Source of the DNA: Candidatus Peribacter riflensis
GTDB taxonomy: Bacteria; Patescibacteriota; Gracilibacteria; Peribacterales; Peribacteraceae
Assembly (NCBI GenBank): GCA_001430755.1
Contig: CP013062.1
Location: 750,001-782,000 of the forward strand
Reading direction: 5' to 3'
Length of the DNA stretch: 32,000 nucleotides
Shown here one piece after another: positions 16,899 to 23,769 of the stretch. The notes beneath the pieces are model-generated. The model saw only the letters and a program-made list of their open reading frames with translations. It had not been told where the DNA came from and did no database searches. Position 1 is the stretch's first letter; the number at the start of each line of letters is the position of its first letter. The translations under genes were made by a program, and so were the position numbers.

Positions 16899-16918
16899 GG
16901 GAGAGGGTAGGGTGAGGG
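16899..16918 (+). repeat. Canonical G-quadruplex-type motif
   Basis: The sequence is GGG-aga-GGG-ta-GGG-tga-GGG, located 5 nt after a gene stop. Confidence 0.5.
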
Positions 16919-16995
16919 AATCAAGTGGACCCTCTTTGAAAATGAGGGAGAGAACCTGTCACATATTGCGCTCATCCGCTACGATGGCATGCGTT

Positions 16996-17071
16996 GGGGC
17001 TGTAGCTCAGTTGGTAGAGCACCTGCTTTGCAAGCAGGGGGTCAGGAGTTCGAATCTCCTCAGCTCCACCA
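16996..17071 (+). tRNA. tRNA-Ala (anticodon UGC), with CCA encoded
   Basis: The manual cloverleaf is ggggctg ta gctc agttggta gagc a cctgc ttTGCaa gcagg gggtc aggag ttcgaat ctcct cagctcc a cca. The G3:U70 identity pair is present. Confidence 0.93.
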
Positions 17072-17122
17072 AACAACAGAACCACCACTCCCCTCCTTTG
17101 CCTCTTGTTTCTCCGGAAGATC

Positions 17123-17335
17123 CTAGAATATCCGCCCCGTTGAATGATCATCCGAAGTCCGCTGCAAGCGGAGAAGCAGCTGTGCAGCTTGATCATAGAC
17201 ATGCCGTGCCATGCGATCGACACGCTTCTGTGCTCGTTGTCCCTCGTTGAAAGAAAGTTGCACGCACCCCTCCAAACATGCGAGAACTTCTTCGTCGCTC
17301 AGCCGATCCAGATCTGGCAACTTCTTGTTCGCCAT
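17123..17335 (-). CDS. Possible small protein (70 aa), function unknown
   Basis: The sequence begins MANKKLPDLDRLSDEEVLACLEGCVQLSFNEGQRAQKRVDRMARHVYDQAAQLLLRL and has helical-looking composition. A TTGACG-N17-TAGTTT promoter lies upstream. I found no homology I can name. Confidence 0.4.
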   Translation of the reverse strand: MANKKLPDLDRLSDEEVLACLEGCVQLSFNEGQRAQKRVDRMARHVYDQAAQLLLRLQRTSDDHSTGRIF

Positions 17336-17348
17336 AAAGAAGGAAGAC

Positions 17349-17377
17349 AAACTAGGTGCAGTCCTCCCGCTCGTCAA
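17349..17377 (-). promoter_or_regulatory. Sigma70-like promoter TTGACG-N17-TAGTTT
   Basis: The minus strand reads ttgacg agcgggaggactgcacc tagttt, 13 nt before ATG 17335. Confidence 0.4.
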
Positions 17378-17389
17378 CGAAAAACCCCA

Positions 17390-18538
17390 TCACGTCACCA
17401 CCTGCTCCACTGCCTGTTCAGTGACGGCCTTCCGGATCTCCATCCCCACCCGCTCCCCCACACTCATGGCCTCACCGTAGAGGTAGCGACTGTACGGAGT
17501 CGCAAACGTTCCCGGTGAGCCGGGAATGCGGAGCGAAACGTCGAAGATCACGATATCCTCTTTGCCGTCTTCGGCAGTCACCGCTCCCTGCAGCGCGAAA
17601 GGCCCGATGATGCCCTTGCCACTTGGATCCAGGGTTTTTGGAAGCTTCTGAGTGGCTGTCACAAATTTCTCACCGAGATCGAAAGCTTTTTCGAGGATGG
17701 ATTCTTTCACGGTGCACGCGATGTGGCCGGTCTCGATCATTTTTAAGGGAATGCCGGACGCAAGCGCCTTCGTCTGCTCCGGAGCAGTCATGCGCAGGAA
17801 GCCATCGAGGTTCGTCTGGCGCCGCGTGTCGGTACCAAGCAGCTCCAACTCTTTCGTGAGCGGCGACCAGAAGAAGTTAAAGTTCACCGGTGCGCCGACG
17901 ATGAACTCTTCGATGGGCGCCTGCCGCCACTTTGCCGATACCTTTCCCTCTTGTTCTAAGCGGGACCCTTCGGCCTCCCACGAAGACTGGTTTCCGACAA
18001 CGAAGAACGCCCGTTCGTAGCCGCGCTGGGCCTCGGCCGCCTTCACCAGCACCGGCCGGTCGATGTCTTCGGGCTTCGCAAAGATTTTCGGCGTGCGGAT
18101 GCCAGCATCATGGAGCAGATGATACTGGTTGTAGGGCTGGTCGCGTTCCTCGAGCTTCACGAACGTGCGCGAGCCGAAGATGGGGATTTGAAAATCATTC
18201 TCGATCGCAGCGTAATCAGAGAAATACACCCAGAAGTATCGATTATGTACAAAGATTGTGTTCATACTTCTCAGCTTCTCCTGCACGTCTTTCCTAAGAA
18301 CGTCCTCAAACTTATCCACAAGGATCACCTCATCAATGCACCCTTTCGTCCCTCGTCCTTTTCCCTTAGTCCTAAAATACCGGTCATACGTCTTCTCTCG
18401 TCCCTTGCGCGCGACGCACACCGTTTTGAATCCGTGCTTCTTCGCCCCGTGGCAGACATCGAGCGCGCTGTGGCCTCCGAGCACACCGATGGTGATGTTC
18501 TTTGTGTCGTAGCCTTTGAGGAGATCAGGAACGTTCAT
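17390..18538 (-). CDS. Divergent PurP-like ATP-grasp protein (paralog of FAICAR synthetase)
   Basis: The sequence ITIGVLGGHSALDVCHGAKKHGFKTVCVARKG...PEDIDRPVLVKA...FFWSPLTKELELLGTDTRRQTN...GPFALQG aligns by eye with the neighbouring PurP along its whole length but is clearly more divergent. Confidence 0.75.
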   Translation of the reverse strand: MNVPDLLKGYDTKNITIGVLGGHSALDVCHGAKKHGFKTVCVARKGREKTYDRYFRTKGKGRGTKGCIDEVILVDKFEDVLRKDVQEKLRSMNTIFVHNRYFWVYFSDYAAIENDFQIPIFGSRTFVKLEERDQPYNQYHLLHDAGIRTPKIFAKPEDIDRPVLVKAAEAQRGYERAFFVVGNQSSWEAEGSRLEQEGKVSAKWRQAPIEEFIVGAPVNFNFFWSPLTKELELLGTDTRRQTNLDGFLRMTAPEQTKALASGIPLKMIETGHIACTVKESILEKAFDLGEKFVTATQKLPKTLDPSGKGIIGPFALQGAVTAEDGKEDIVIFDVSLRIPGSPGTFATPYSRYLYGEAMSVGERVGMEIRKAVTEQAVEQVVT

Positions 18539-18546
18539 TGAAGAGA

Positions 18547-18555
18547 AGTGTAGCA
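18547..18555 (-). promoter_or_regulatory. Extended -10 promoter TGcTACACT, 8 nt upstream of ATG 18538
   Basis: The minus strand reads ctcTGCTACACTtctcttcaATG, and the 9-mer is identical to the one at ruvA. Confidence 0.5.
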
Positions 18556-18573
18556 GAGAAGAGTAATGAATTA

Positions 18574-18651
18574 AGAATTATGAATGAAGAACGAAATACG
18601 GAGTGGCCTGTTCCATTGATGCCTAATTCCTAATTCTTGATTCATAATTCT
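18574..18651 (-). terminator. Long inverted repeat between the two PurP genes (probable terminator of the upstream paralog)
   Basis: The arms agaattatgaatgaagaa and ttcttgattcataattct are complementary at 17 of 18 positions and are 42 nt apart. Confidence 0.45.
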
Positions 18652-18674
18652 CCCAAACAGCTCATCAGCAATAT

Positions 18675-19730
18675 TCACCCCAACACTTCATCCAGTCTCC
18701 CCTGCTCGATCGCCTGCTTGATATCGCGTGCGATGCGGCGCCCGGTGCTCATCGGCTCTTTGTAGCGCAGTTGCGTGTAGGGCGATCCCTCGACGAAGGG
18801 ATTCGTGCCGGCCACGATGCGTGCCGAAATCTCGAAGACGAAGACCTGGAGCTTGCGCGTGACGATGCATTCCAGACAGAAGGGACCGAAGAGCCCCTTG
18901 CCGGCGCCGAGCGTGCGGCTCTGTTCCACCACCCGCTCGCCCATCGCAAAGAACTGCGGCAGCATCGACTCGCGGACGACGACGGGAATGTTGCCGACAA
19001 TCGTGTAGCTCGTGTGGATGTTCGCGGACAATTGGTCCTCGGCACGGATGCGGCCGATGGAGTCGGCATTCGATTCGTACCGCTTGTCGAAGCTCATGAT
19101 CTCCAATTCCTTCGTGAGTGGGGAGTAGAAGTAGTGCACGTAGAGCGGAACGCCGACGATGTACTCCTGAAGCGCATATTCGTTCTGTTCCGGGTATTTG
19201 CGGTTTTTGACTTCGTAGAATTGCTCGGCTGATTTGGCAATGAAGTAGCCGAAGCCGCCCGAGGCGCCGTGGAACTTCACGATGGCCGGGCGGTCAATAT
19301 CTTCGGGCTTCGCAAAGAGGTGCGGCAGCTCCAGACCGGATTTCTCGAGCCATTTCCGCTCTAAGCTCCGGTCGCTCTCCCACTTCAGAATCTCTTTCGT
19401 GCCGTAGTACATGGCCTGCATCTTCATGACGCGATCGGTGCCGAGGTAGGCGATGAAAGACCCATGTGGAATGACGACGGCGTTCCGGCGAATCAACTCC
19501 TCTTCGAGTTTGTCATTCCACTCCGACCAATCTTTCACTGTGATGATTTCATCCGCCACGCCGTAGCTGATGTACGGACGCTCTGTTCCCTTCTTGCAGA
19601 TCACCAGATTGCGCATGCCTTCGTCGCGCGCCCCTTTCAGAATCTGCAGAGCCGAATGACTCCCCATGGTGGCGATGCAGTAGTCGCTGCTCTTGGTGGA
19701 TGCCAGAAGGATGGGCTTCGGTTTTGCCAT
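18675..19730 (-). CDS. purP: Archaeal-type 5-formaminoimidazole-4-carboxamide ribonucleotide (FAICAR) synthetase PurP
   Basis: The sequence is IATMGSHSALQILKGARDEG...VIPHGSFIAY...PEDIDRPAIVKFHGASGGFGYFIA...HYFYSPLTKELEIMSFDKRYESN...GNIPVVVRESMLPQ...GPFCLE...FEISARIVAGTN. It matches the PurP family as I remember it from methanogens. Confidence 0.85.
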   Translation of the reverse strand: MAKPKPILLASTKSSDYCIATMGSHSALQILKGARDEGMRNLVICKKGTERPYISYGVADEIITVKDWSEWNDKLEEELIRRNAVVIPHGSFIAYLGTDRVMKMQAMYYGTKEILKWESDRSLERKWLEKSGLELPHLFAKPEDIDRPAIVKFHGASGGFGYFIAKSAEQFYEVKNRKYPEQNEYALQEYIVGVPLYVHYFYSPLTKELEIMSFDKRYESNADSIGRIRAEDQLSANIHTSYTIVGNIPVVVRESMLPQFFAMGERVVEQSRTLGAGKGLFGPFCLECIVTRKLQVFVFEISARIVAGTNPFVEGSPYTQLRYKEPMSTGRRIARDIKQAIEQGRLDEVLG

Positions 19731-19819
19731 GGTATTTTTGGTAGCTTATCAGTTTTTCGGCGTAAATCAAGTTGGCGTAACTGTAAAATTCTCCATTCCA
19801 CCCGGAATAGAACGATATA

Positions 19820-19847
19820 TTGACAATATACTTAAAATGATTACAGT
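19820..19847 (+). promoter_or_regulatory. Near-consensus promoter TTGACA-N16-TACAGT, 6 nt upstream of ATG 19854
   Basis: The sequence is ttgaca atatacttaaaatgat tacagt aatcat ATG, in a low-GC island. Confidence 0.55.
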
Positions 19848-19853
19848 AATCAT

Positions 19854-20171
19854 ATGCCGCAACTGCAGGAACACGTGCGCATCGCACTGCAAAGAACGGA
19901 TATCTCTGCCGAGGCATTTCTTGAAATGCGTTCACCCATCCGGCATGCAATCGGGCTGATGATTGCAGCCTACAACCACGAAGACCAGGTAGAGGGCACG
20001 AGAATATTCGAAGTGTGCAAGAATCGTCTCACCGGCGACTGCTCTGAAAGACCGTCCAATATCGAGAACACGTATGCGCTCGGCGTCCTGTACTCCATAT
20101 GGAGTACATGTGAATGTCTGTTGAATAATCAACGCCAATACCGCCAACAGATGAATGCACCATTGAATTGA
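19854..20171 (+). CDS. Hypothetical 105-aa protein in a low-GC island
   Basis: The ORF sits directly behind the best promoter in the window. Its composition is not obviously spurious (MPQLQEHVRIALQRTDISAEAFLEMRSPIRHAIGLMIAAYNHEDQ...). I recognise no family. Confidence 0.45.
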   Translation: MPQLQEHVRIALQRTDISAEAFLEMRSPIRHAIGLMIAAYNHEDQVEGTRIFEVCKNRLTGDCSERPSNIENTYALGVLYSIWSTCECLLNNQRQYRQQMNAPLN

Positions 20172-20232
20172 GCAGAAAAGAAGAACCAATGATATTCCCC
20201 AGAGGGGTGAATCCCCCTATACTGCCGCAACG

Positions 20233-21483
20233 ATGAACAGACGTCTGCTGCTCTTCTTCACCGGCGCTTTCCTGCCCGTGATACTCCTCGCACTGCTCTT
20301 TCCGGAGCGCGCGTTCAAAGGGCCGTCCGTGACCCCTCCCCCGCCGCCCGCGGCGGCGAGCGCAGACATCGTGGCCTTCGTGAGTAAAGATTGCCCGCAC
20401 TGCACCGCGTTCAAGGCCTTCGCCGCACAGCAGGAATGGACTGTGGAGGAGCATGATATTGCGGATGCCACGAGCCAGGCACTTTTTCGAAGCGTGCAGG
20501 ATCGCGTACCGAATCTGCGCCAGGGCGTGCCGACCATCATCCTCAACGGACACGTCATCCAGGGGTACAAGGACGATGCGACAACGGGCAAGAGAATCGC
20601 AACACTCCTGCAGGACTATCGGGCGAACCGGGCGGCAGGCGTGGATTTTGAGGCATTCCTTCAGGGCTCTGAGCCTGCGACGCTCGAAACGGCTGAAGGA
20701 ACCTGCGACGGAGGATGCCCCGTGGATTTGGGTTCGTACCTGCTCGATGTCCCCCTGCTGGGCGAAGTGGATCTCGCACTGATGTCGCTGCCTGCGCTCT
20801 CGATTCTGCTCGGATTTTTGGACGGCTTCAATCCGTGCGCCATGTGGGTGCTGGTCACGCTCCTGACCCTGCTCGTCGCCACGCGCGACCCGAAGAAGGT
20901 GTGGATGATCGGCGGAACATTTCTGCTCGTGAGCGGCGCGATGTACTACCTCTTCATTGCCGCCTGGCTCAACGCCTTCCTCGTCATCGGATTCAACGCA
21001 TGGGTGCAGAAAATCATCGGAATCGTCGCTGTGGGCGGCGGCGCCTTCTACTTCTACGAAGCCTTTGGCAAAGACCCGAACACCTGCGCTGTGACGGACT
21101 TTCAGCAGAAGAAACGCATCGTTGACCGGATGAAAAGTATTCTCGAAGTATCCGCATGGCCGGCCATGCTGCTGGGCGTTGTGGTACTCGCTGTCTCGGT
21201 GAATGCCATCGAACTCGTCTGCACGGCGGGGCTGCCCGCCGTCTTCACCCAGATCCTCGCCTTCAACGAAGTGAGTGCCCTCGCGCGTTACGGCTACATC
21301 GCTCTCTACATCCTGCTCTACATGATTGATGACGTCGTGATCTTCGCTATCGCGGTCTACACGCTGCACGCCACAGGCCTGACCAAGAAGTACGCCCGCT
21401 TCACGCTGGTCTTCGGCGGGTTCCTCATGTACGCACTCGGGGCACTGCTGCTCTTCGCGCCGGAAGTGCTGACCTTCGCATAG
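20233..21483 (+). CDS. Membrane thiol-disulfide oxidoreductase fusion: an N-terminal glutaredoxin/thioredoxin-fold domain (CPHC) joined to a CcdA/DsbD-like polytopic domain
   Basis: A signal-anchor MNRRLLLFFTGAFLPVILLALL is followed by IVAFVSKDCPHCTAFKAF...GVPTIILNG. The membrane domain then carries LGFLDGFNPCAMWVLV and a second Cys in IELVCTAGLPAVF. A TATACT box lies 9 nt before the ATG. Confidence 0.75.
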   Translation: MNRRLLLFFTGAFLPVILLALLFPERAFKGPSVTPPPPPAAASADIVAFVSKDCPHCTAFKAFAAQQEWTVEEHDIADATSQALFRSVQDRVPNLRQGVPTIILNGHVIQGYKDDATTGKRIATLLQDYRANRAAGVDFEAFLQGSEPATLETAEGTCDGGCPVDLGSYLLDVPLLGEVDLALMSLPALSILLGFLDGFNPCAMWVLVTLLTLLVATRDPKKVWMIGGTFLLVSGAMYYLFIAAWLNAFLVIGFNAWVQKIIGIVAVGGGAFYFYEAFGKDPNTCAVTDFQQKKRIVDRMKSILEVSAWPAMLLGVVVLAVSVNAIELVCTAGLPAVFTQILAFNEVSALARYGYIALYILLYMIDDVVIFAIAVYTLHATGLTKKYARFTLVFGGFLMYALGALLLFAPEVLTFA

Positions 21484-21579
21484 TCCACCGGAATCTTCGG
21501 CTGATCCGCCGAAAAACTTCAGGATCGGCAGAGCATCGAATGCCCTTCTTTTCCTGCTATCCTGCAGTAGAATCCCCTT

Positions 21580-22578
21580 GTGGCCTCTGTTTCCATTGTC
21601 ATTCCTGCCCACAACGAAGCCCCCATCCTTCGACAGTGTTGCGAACAGATCACGCAGGTGATGGAGCAACTCAGAACACCGTACGAGATTATCATTGTCG
21701 ATGATGGAAGCACCGATGGCACCGCGCAGTGCATTCAGGAATTGCACCGCCGTGTACCGCAGATCAGAGGGCTCGTCTTCTCCCGAAATTTCGGCCAGCA
21801 ACCTGCCCTCATTGCCGGCATGCGCCATGCGCGCGGCGATGCGGTCATCACGATGGATGCCGACCTTCAGCACCCGCCCTCCCTGCTCCCCGAGATGATC
21901 CGATGCTGGAAAGAGGGTCACAATATCGTCTACACCATTCGGGAACACACTGACGATGTCTCGTGGTTGAAAAAATCGAGCTCGAAATTCTTCTATCGCA
22001 TTTTCAATCTCATGTGCGAACGGTCGATTCCCGCCAATGCCGCGGATTTTCGGCTGTTGGACCGGAGAGTCGTCGATACGATGGCTCTCTTTCCGGAAAG
22101 GTCATTCTTTCTGCGCGAGCTCGCCGAGTGGATCGGCTTTTCGCAAGTGGGCATCCCCTATCGGGCAGGGAAGAGGGGCGGGGGCACGACCAAATACACC
22201 CTCAAAAAAATGGGTTCGATGGCCATCCATCACCTCTTTCTCTCTTCCACCGTTCCCCTCCGGTTGATCCTGACCATGGGAATCCTCTGTATGGCTCTCT
22301 CGATGGTCTATGGCTTCGTCATCCTTGGCCGGTGGGCCAGTGGTTCGGCCATCCCCGGATGGACCTCGGTCATTCTCTCGGTCAATGTCTTCGGCAGCCT
22401 GATGCTCATCAGCATCGGCATCGTCGGAAAGTATCTTGCCATCATATTCCACGAGATGAAACGCCGTCCCCTCTACATCATTGCGGAACAGATCGGATCA
22501 GCTCTGCCCGACCACGATGAAGCTGCTTGTGACAGCAAAATATTCGCCATGGCCGGGAGCGCCGTGAGCACACGCTGA
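21580..22578 (+). CDS. GT2 polyprenyl-phosphate glycosyltransferase (GtrB/DPM1-like) with two C-terminal TM helices
   Basis: The motifs are VSIVIPAHNEAP...YEIIIVDDGSTDGT...SRNFGQQPALIAGMRHARGDAVITMDADLQHPP. The start is GTG 21580, 6 nt after a TAGAAT box. Confidence 0.88.
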   Translation: MASVSIVIPAHNEAPILRQCCEQITQVMEQLRTPYEIIIVDDGSTDGTAQCIQELHRRVPQIRGLVFSRNFGQQPALIAGMRHARGDAVITMDADLQHPPSLLPEMIRCWKEGHNIVYTIREHTDDVSWLKKSSSKFFYRIFNLMCERSIPANAADFRLLDRRVVDTMALFPERSFFLRELAEWIGFSQVGIPYRAGKRGGGTTKYTLKKMGSMAIHHLFLSSTVPLRLILTMGILCMALSMVYGFVILGRWASGSAIPGWTSVILSVNVFGSLMLISIGIVGKYLAIIFHEMKRRPLYIIAEQIGSALPDHDEAACDSKIFAMAGSAVSTR

Positions 22579-22769
22579 GGAAAATAGAATATCCCGGCGC
22601 AGTTCACAGATGGAATTTCCTTCGACTCGCGCTTCGTGGTTCGCACTGAAATCAGTATCCGCCCGCCTCCGCACTCGATGGCTTGCCAGCCGTAGCAACG
22701 CGGATCTGCGGAAGAAGCACCTGCATGAAACTCGAGTGCTACGGTGGGCAGCCTACGCGTTGCGTAGGC

Positions 22770-22844
22770 TGGAGGTGCCGGCGAGAATTGCACTCGCGTA
22801 TGGGGGTTTTGCAGACCCCTGCCTTACTACTTGGCTACGGCACC
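22770..22844 (-). tRNA. tRNA-Cys (anticodon GCA), with CCA encoded and atypical T- and D-loops
   Basis: The manual cloverleaf on the minus strand is ggtgccg ta gcc aagtagtaa ggc a ggggt ctGCAaa acccc catac gcgag tgcaatt ctcgc cggcacc t cca. The 7-bp acceptor stem is perfect, and the U73 discriminator expected for Cys is present. Confidence 0.85.
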
Positions 22845-22891
22845 AGGCAGCAACAAGCCTAACAGAAAGAAAGGATTTCGACAGCCCCGGG

Positions 22892-22929
22892 CAAATCGGA
22901 ATATCGCAAATCGCCAATCGACAAATCTG
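22892..22929 (-). repeat. Degenerate direct 7-8 nt repeats (CGATTTG-like, about 5 units) between the lipoprotein gene stop and tRNA-Cys
   Basis: The + strand reads caaatcgg aatatcg caaatcg ccaatcg acaaatctg. There is no complementary arm, so this is not a hairpin. Confidence 0.5.
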
Positions 22930-22936
22930 CACATCA

Positions 22937-23509
22937 TCAATTCGCCGCAGGCGTCTCCGGCGCCTTAAATGTGATGCTCTCCAGAATCGTGAAAATTTCG
23001 CTCTCGAGTGAGCTCTGTACCGTGATCGGCGTGAGCGCGGTGACCGTGTAACCGGACTGGCCCTGAACAGTGCTCACCTGCAGGAAGCGGCGCTGCGGCT
23101 CGCCACTGAGGGGCTGCGCAAAGAAGACATGCACCGGCAGGGAGACGCCGTCGATGTCGACCTTCTTCTGATCGATGAGCTTGTAGCCGGGCAGAACCGC
23201 AACGGAACGTATAGTGGCATCGCTGTATGCCTGCGGATCCACGACGGTGGTGAGGGGCTCGCGGGTGACGCTGACTGTGGGGAACTGGCCAGACACCGAC
23301 TCCTCATTCTGGAAAGCAACCGCCACATCCTCGGGCACACCACGCGCCGTGAGCTCGGCCCGGTCGAGGAGTTTCCAATTCGACGGCAGGCAGGCTCCGA
23401 CCACATCGAACCAGTAGGTCTGACACTGCACCACCTCATCGCTCCCCCCGCTTCCACAGCCCGCGAGAAAGCCACACAGGAGGACGCCAACGAAGAAACG
23501 CACTCTCAC
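22937..23509 (-). CDS. Lipoprotein, function unknown
   Basis: MRVRFFVGVLLCGFLAGCGSGG has a lipobox L-A-G-C. The start is GTG, 8 nt after a TATCAT box. Confidence 0.75.
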   Translation of the reverse strand: MRVRFFVGVLLCGFLAGCGSGGSDEVVQCQTYWFDVVGACLPSNWKLLDRAELTARGVPEDVAVAFQNEESVSGQFPTVSVTREPLTTVVDPQAYSDATIRSVAVLPGYKLIDQKKVDIDGVSLPVHVFFAQPLSGEPQRRFLQVSTVQGQSGYTVTALTPITVQSSLESEIFTILESITFKAPETPAAN

Positions 23510-23730
23510 AGTGCGCCATGATACTGAAAGAGTCGTGAGAAGACAAAAACGGAGGTCTCCGGCGCGGAGGGTCCTGTGGCCTGCCCGTGCGGCGCCCGCC
23601 CGCCTCTGCGTGACAGAAGCGGAGCAAAAACTATGCGATCGAACGAACAGCTACACAGATATCGCTTCACGAAGCGATCAACAGTATCTGGACAAACTGC
23701 AAGAATTTACTTCTTGTAACTACCCGTGCA

Positions 23731-23759
23731 TTGAGTCAAAACGGCAAAACTGGTACAAT
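23731..23759 (+). promoter_or_regulatory. Promoter TTGAGT-N17-(TGg)TACAAT
   Basis: The sequence is ttgagt caaaacggcaaaactgg tacaat, and the -10 ends 10 nt before ATG 23770. Confidence 0.55.
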
Positions 23760-23769
23760 GGTTGGATTT

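Noticed and set aside
20029-21948. 639-aa minus-strand ORF, one of the longest in the track
   Set aside because: It runs antisense across two independent + strand genes (the Trx/CcdA fusion and GT2) and the intergenic gap between them. It is Arg/Gly/Asp/His-rich with no motifs, whereas both sense genes have clear family signatures.
22716-22741. A second CIRCE-like sequence (agcac...gagtgcta) downstream of tRNA-Cys
   Set aside because: Only the right arm matches. The left arm is AGCACCT, and the spacing between the AGCAC and GTGCT cores is 15 nt instead of 13. It is not positioned upstream of any gene.
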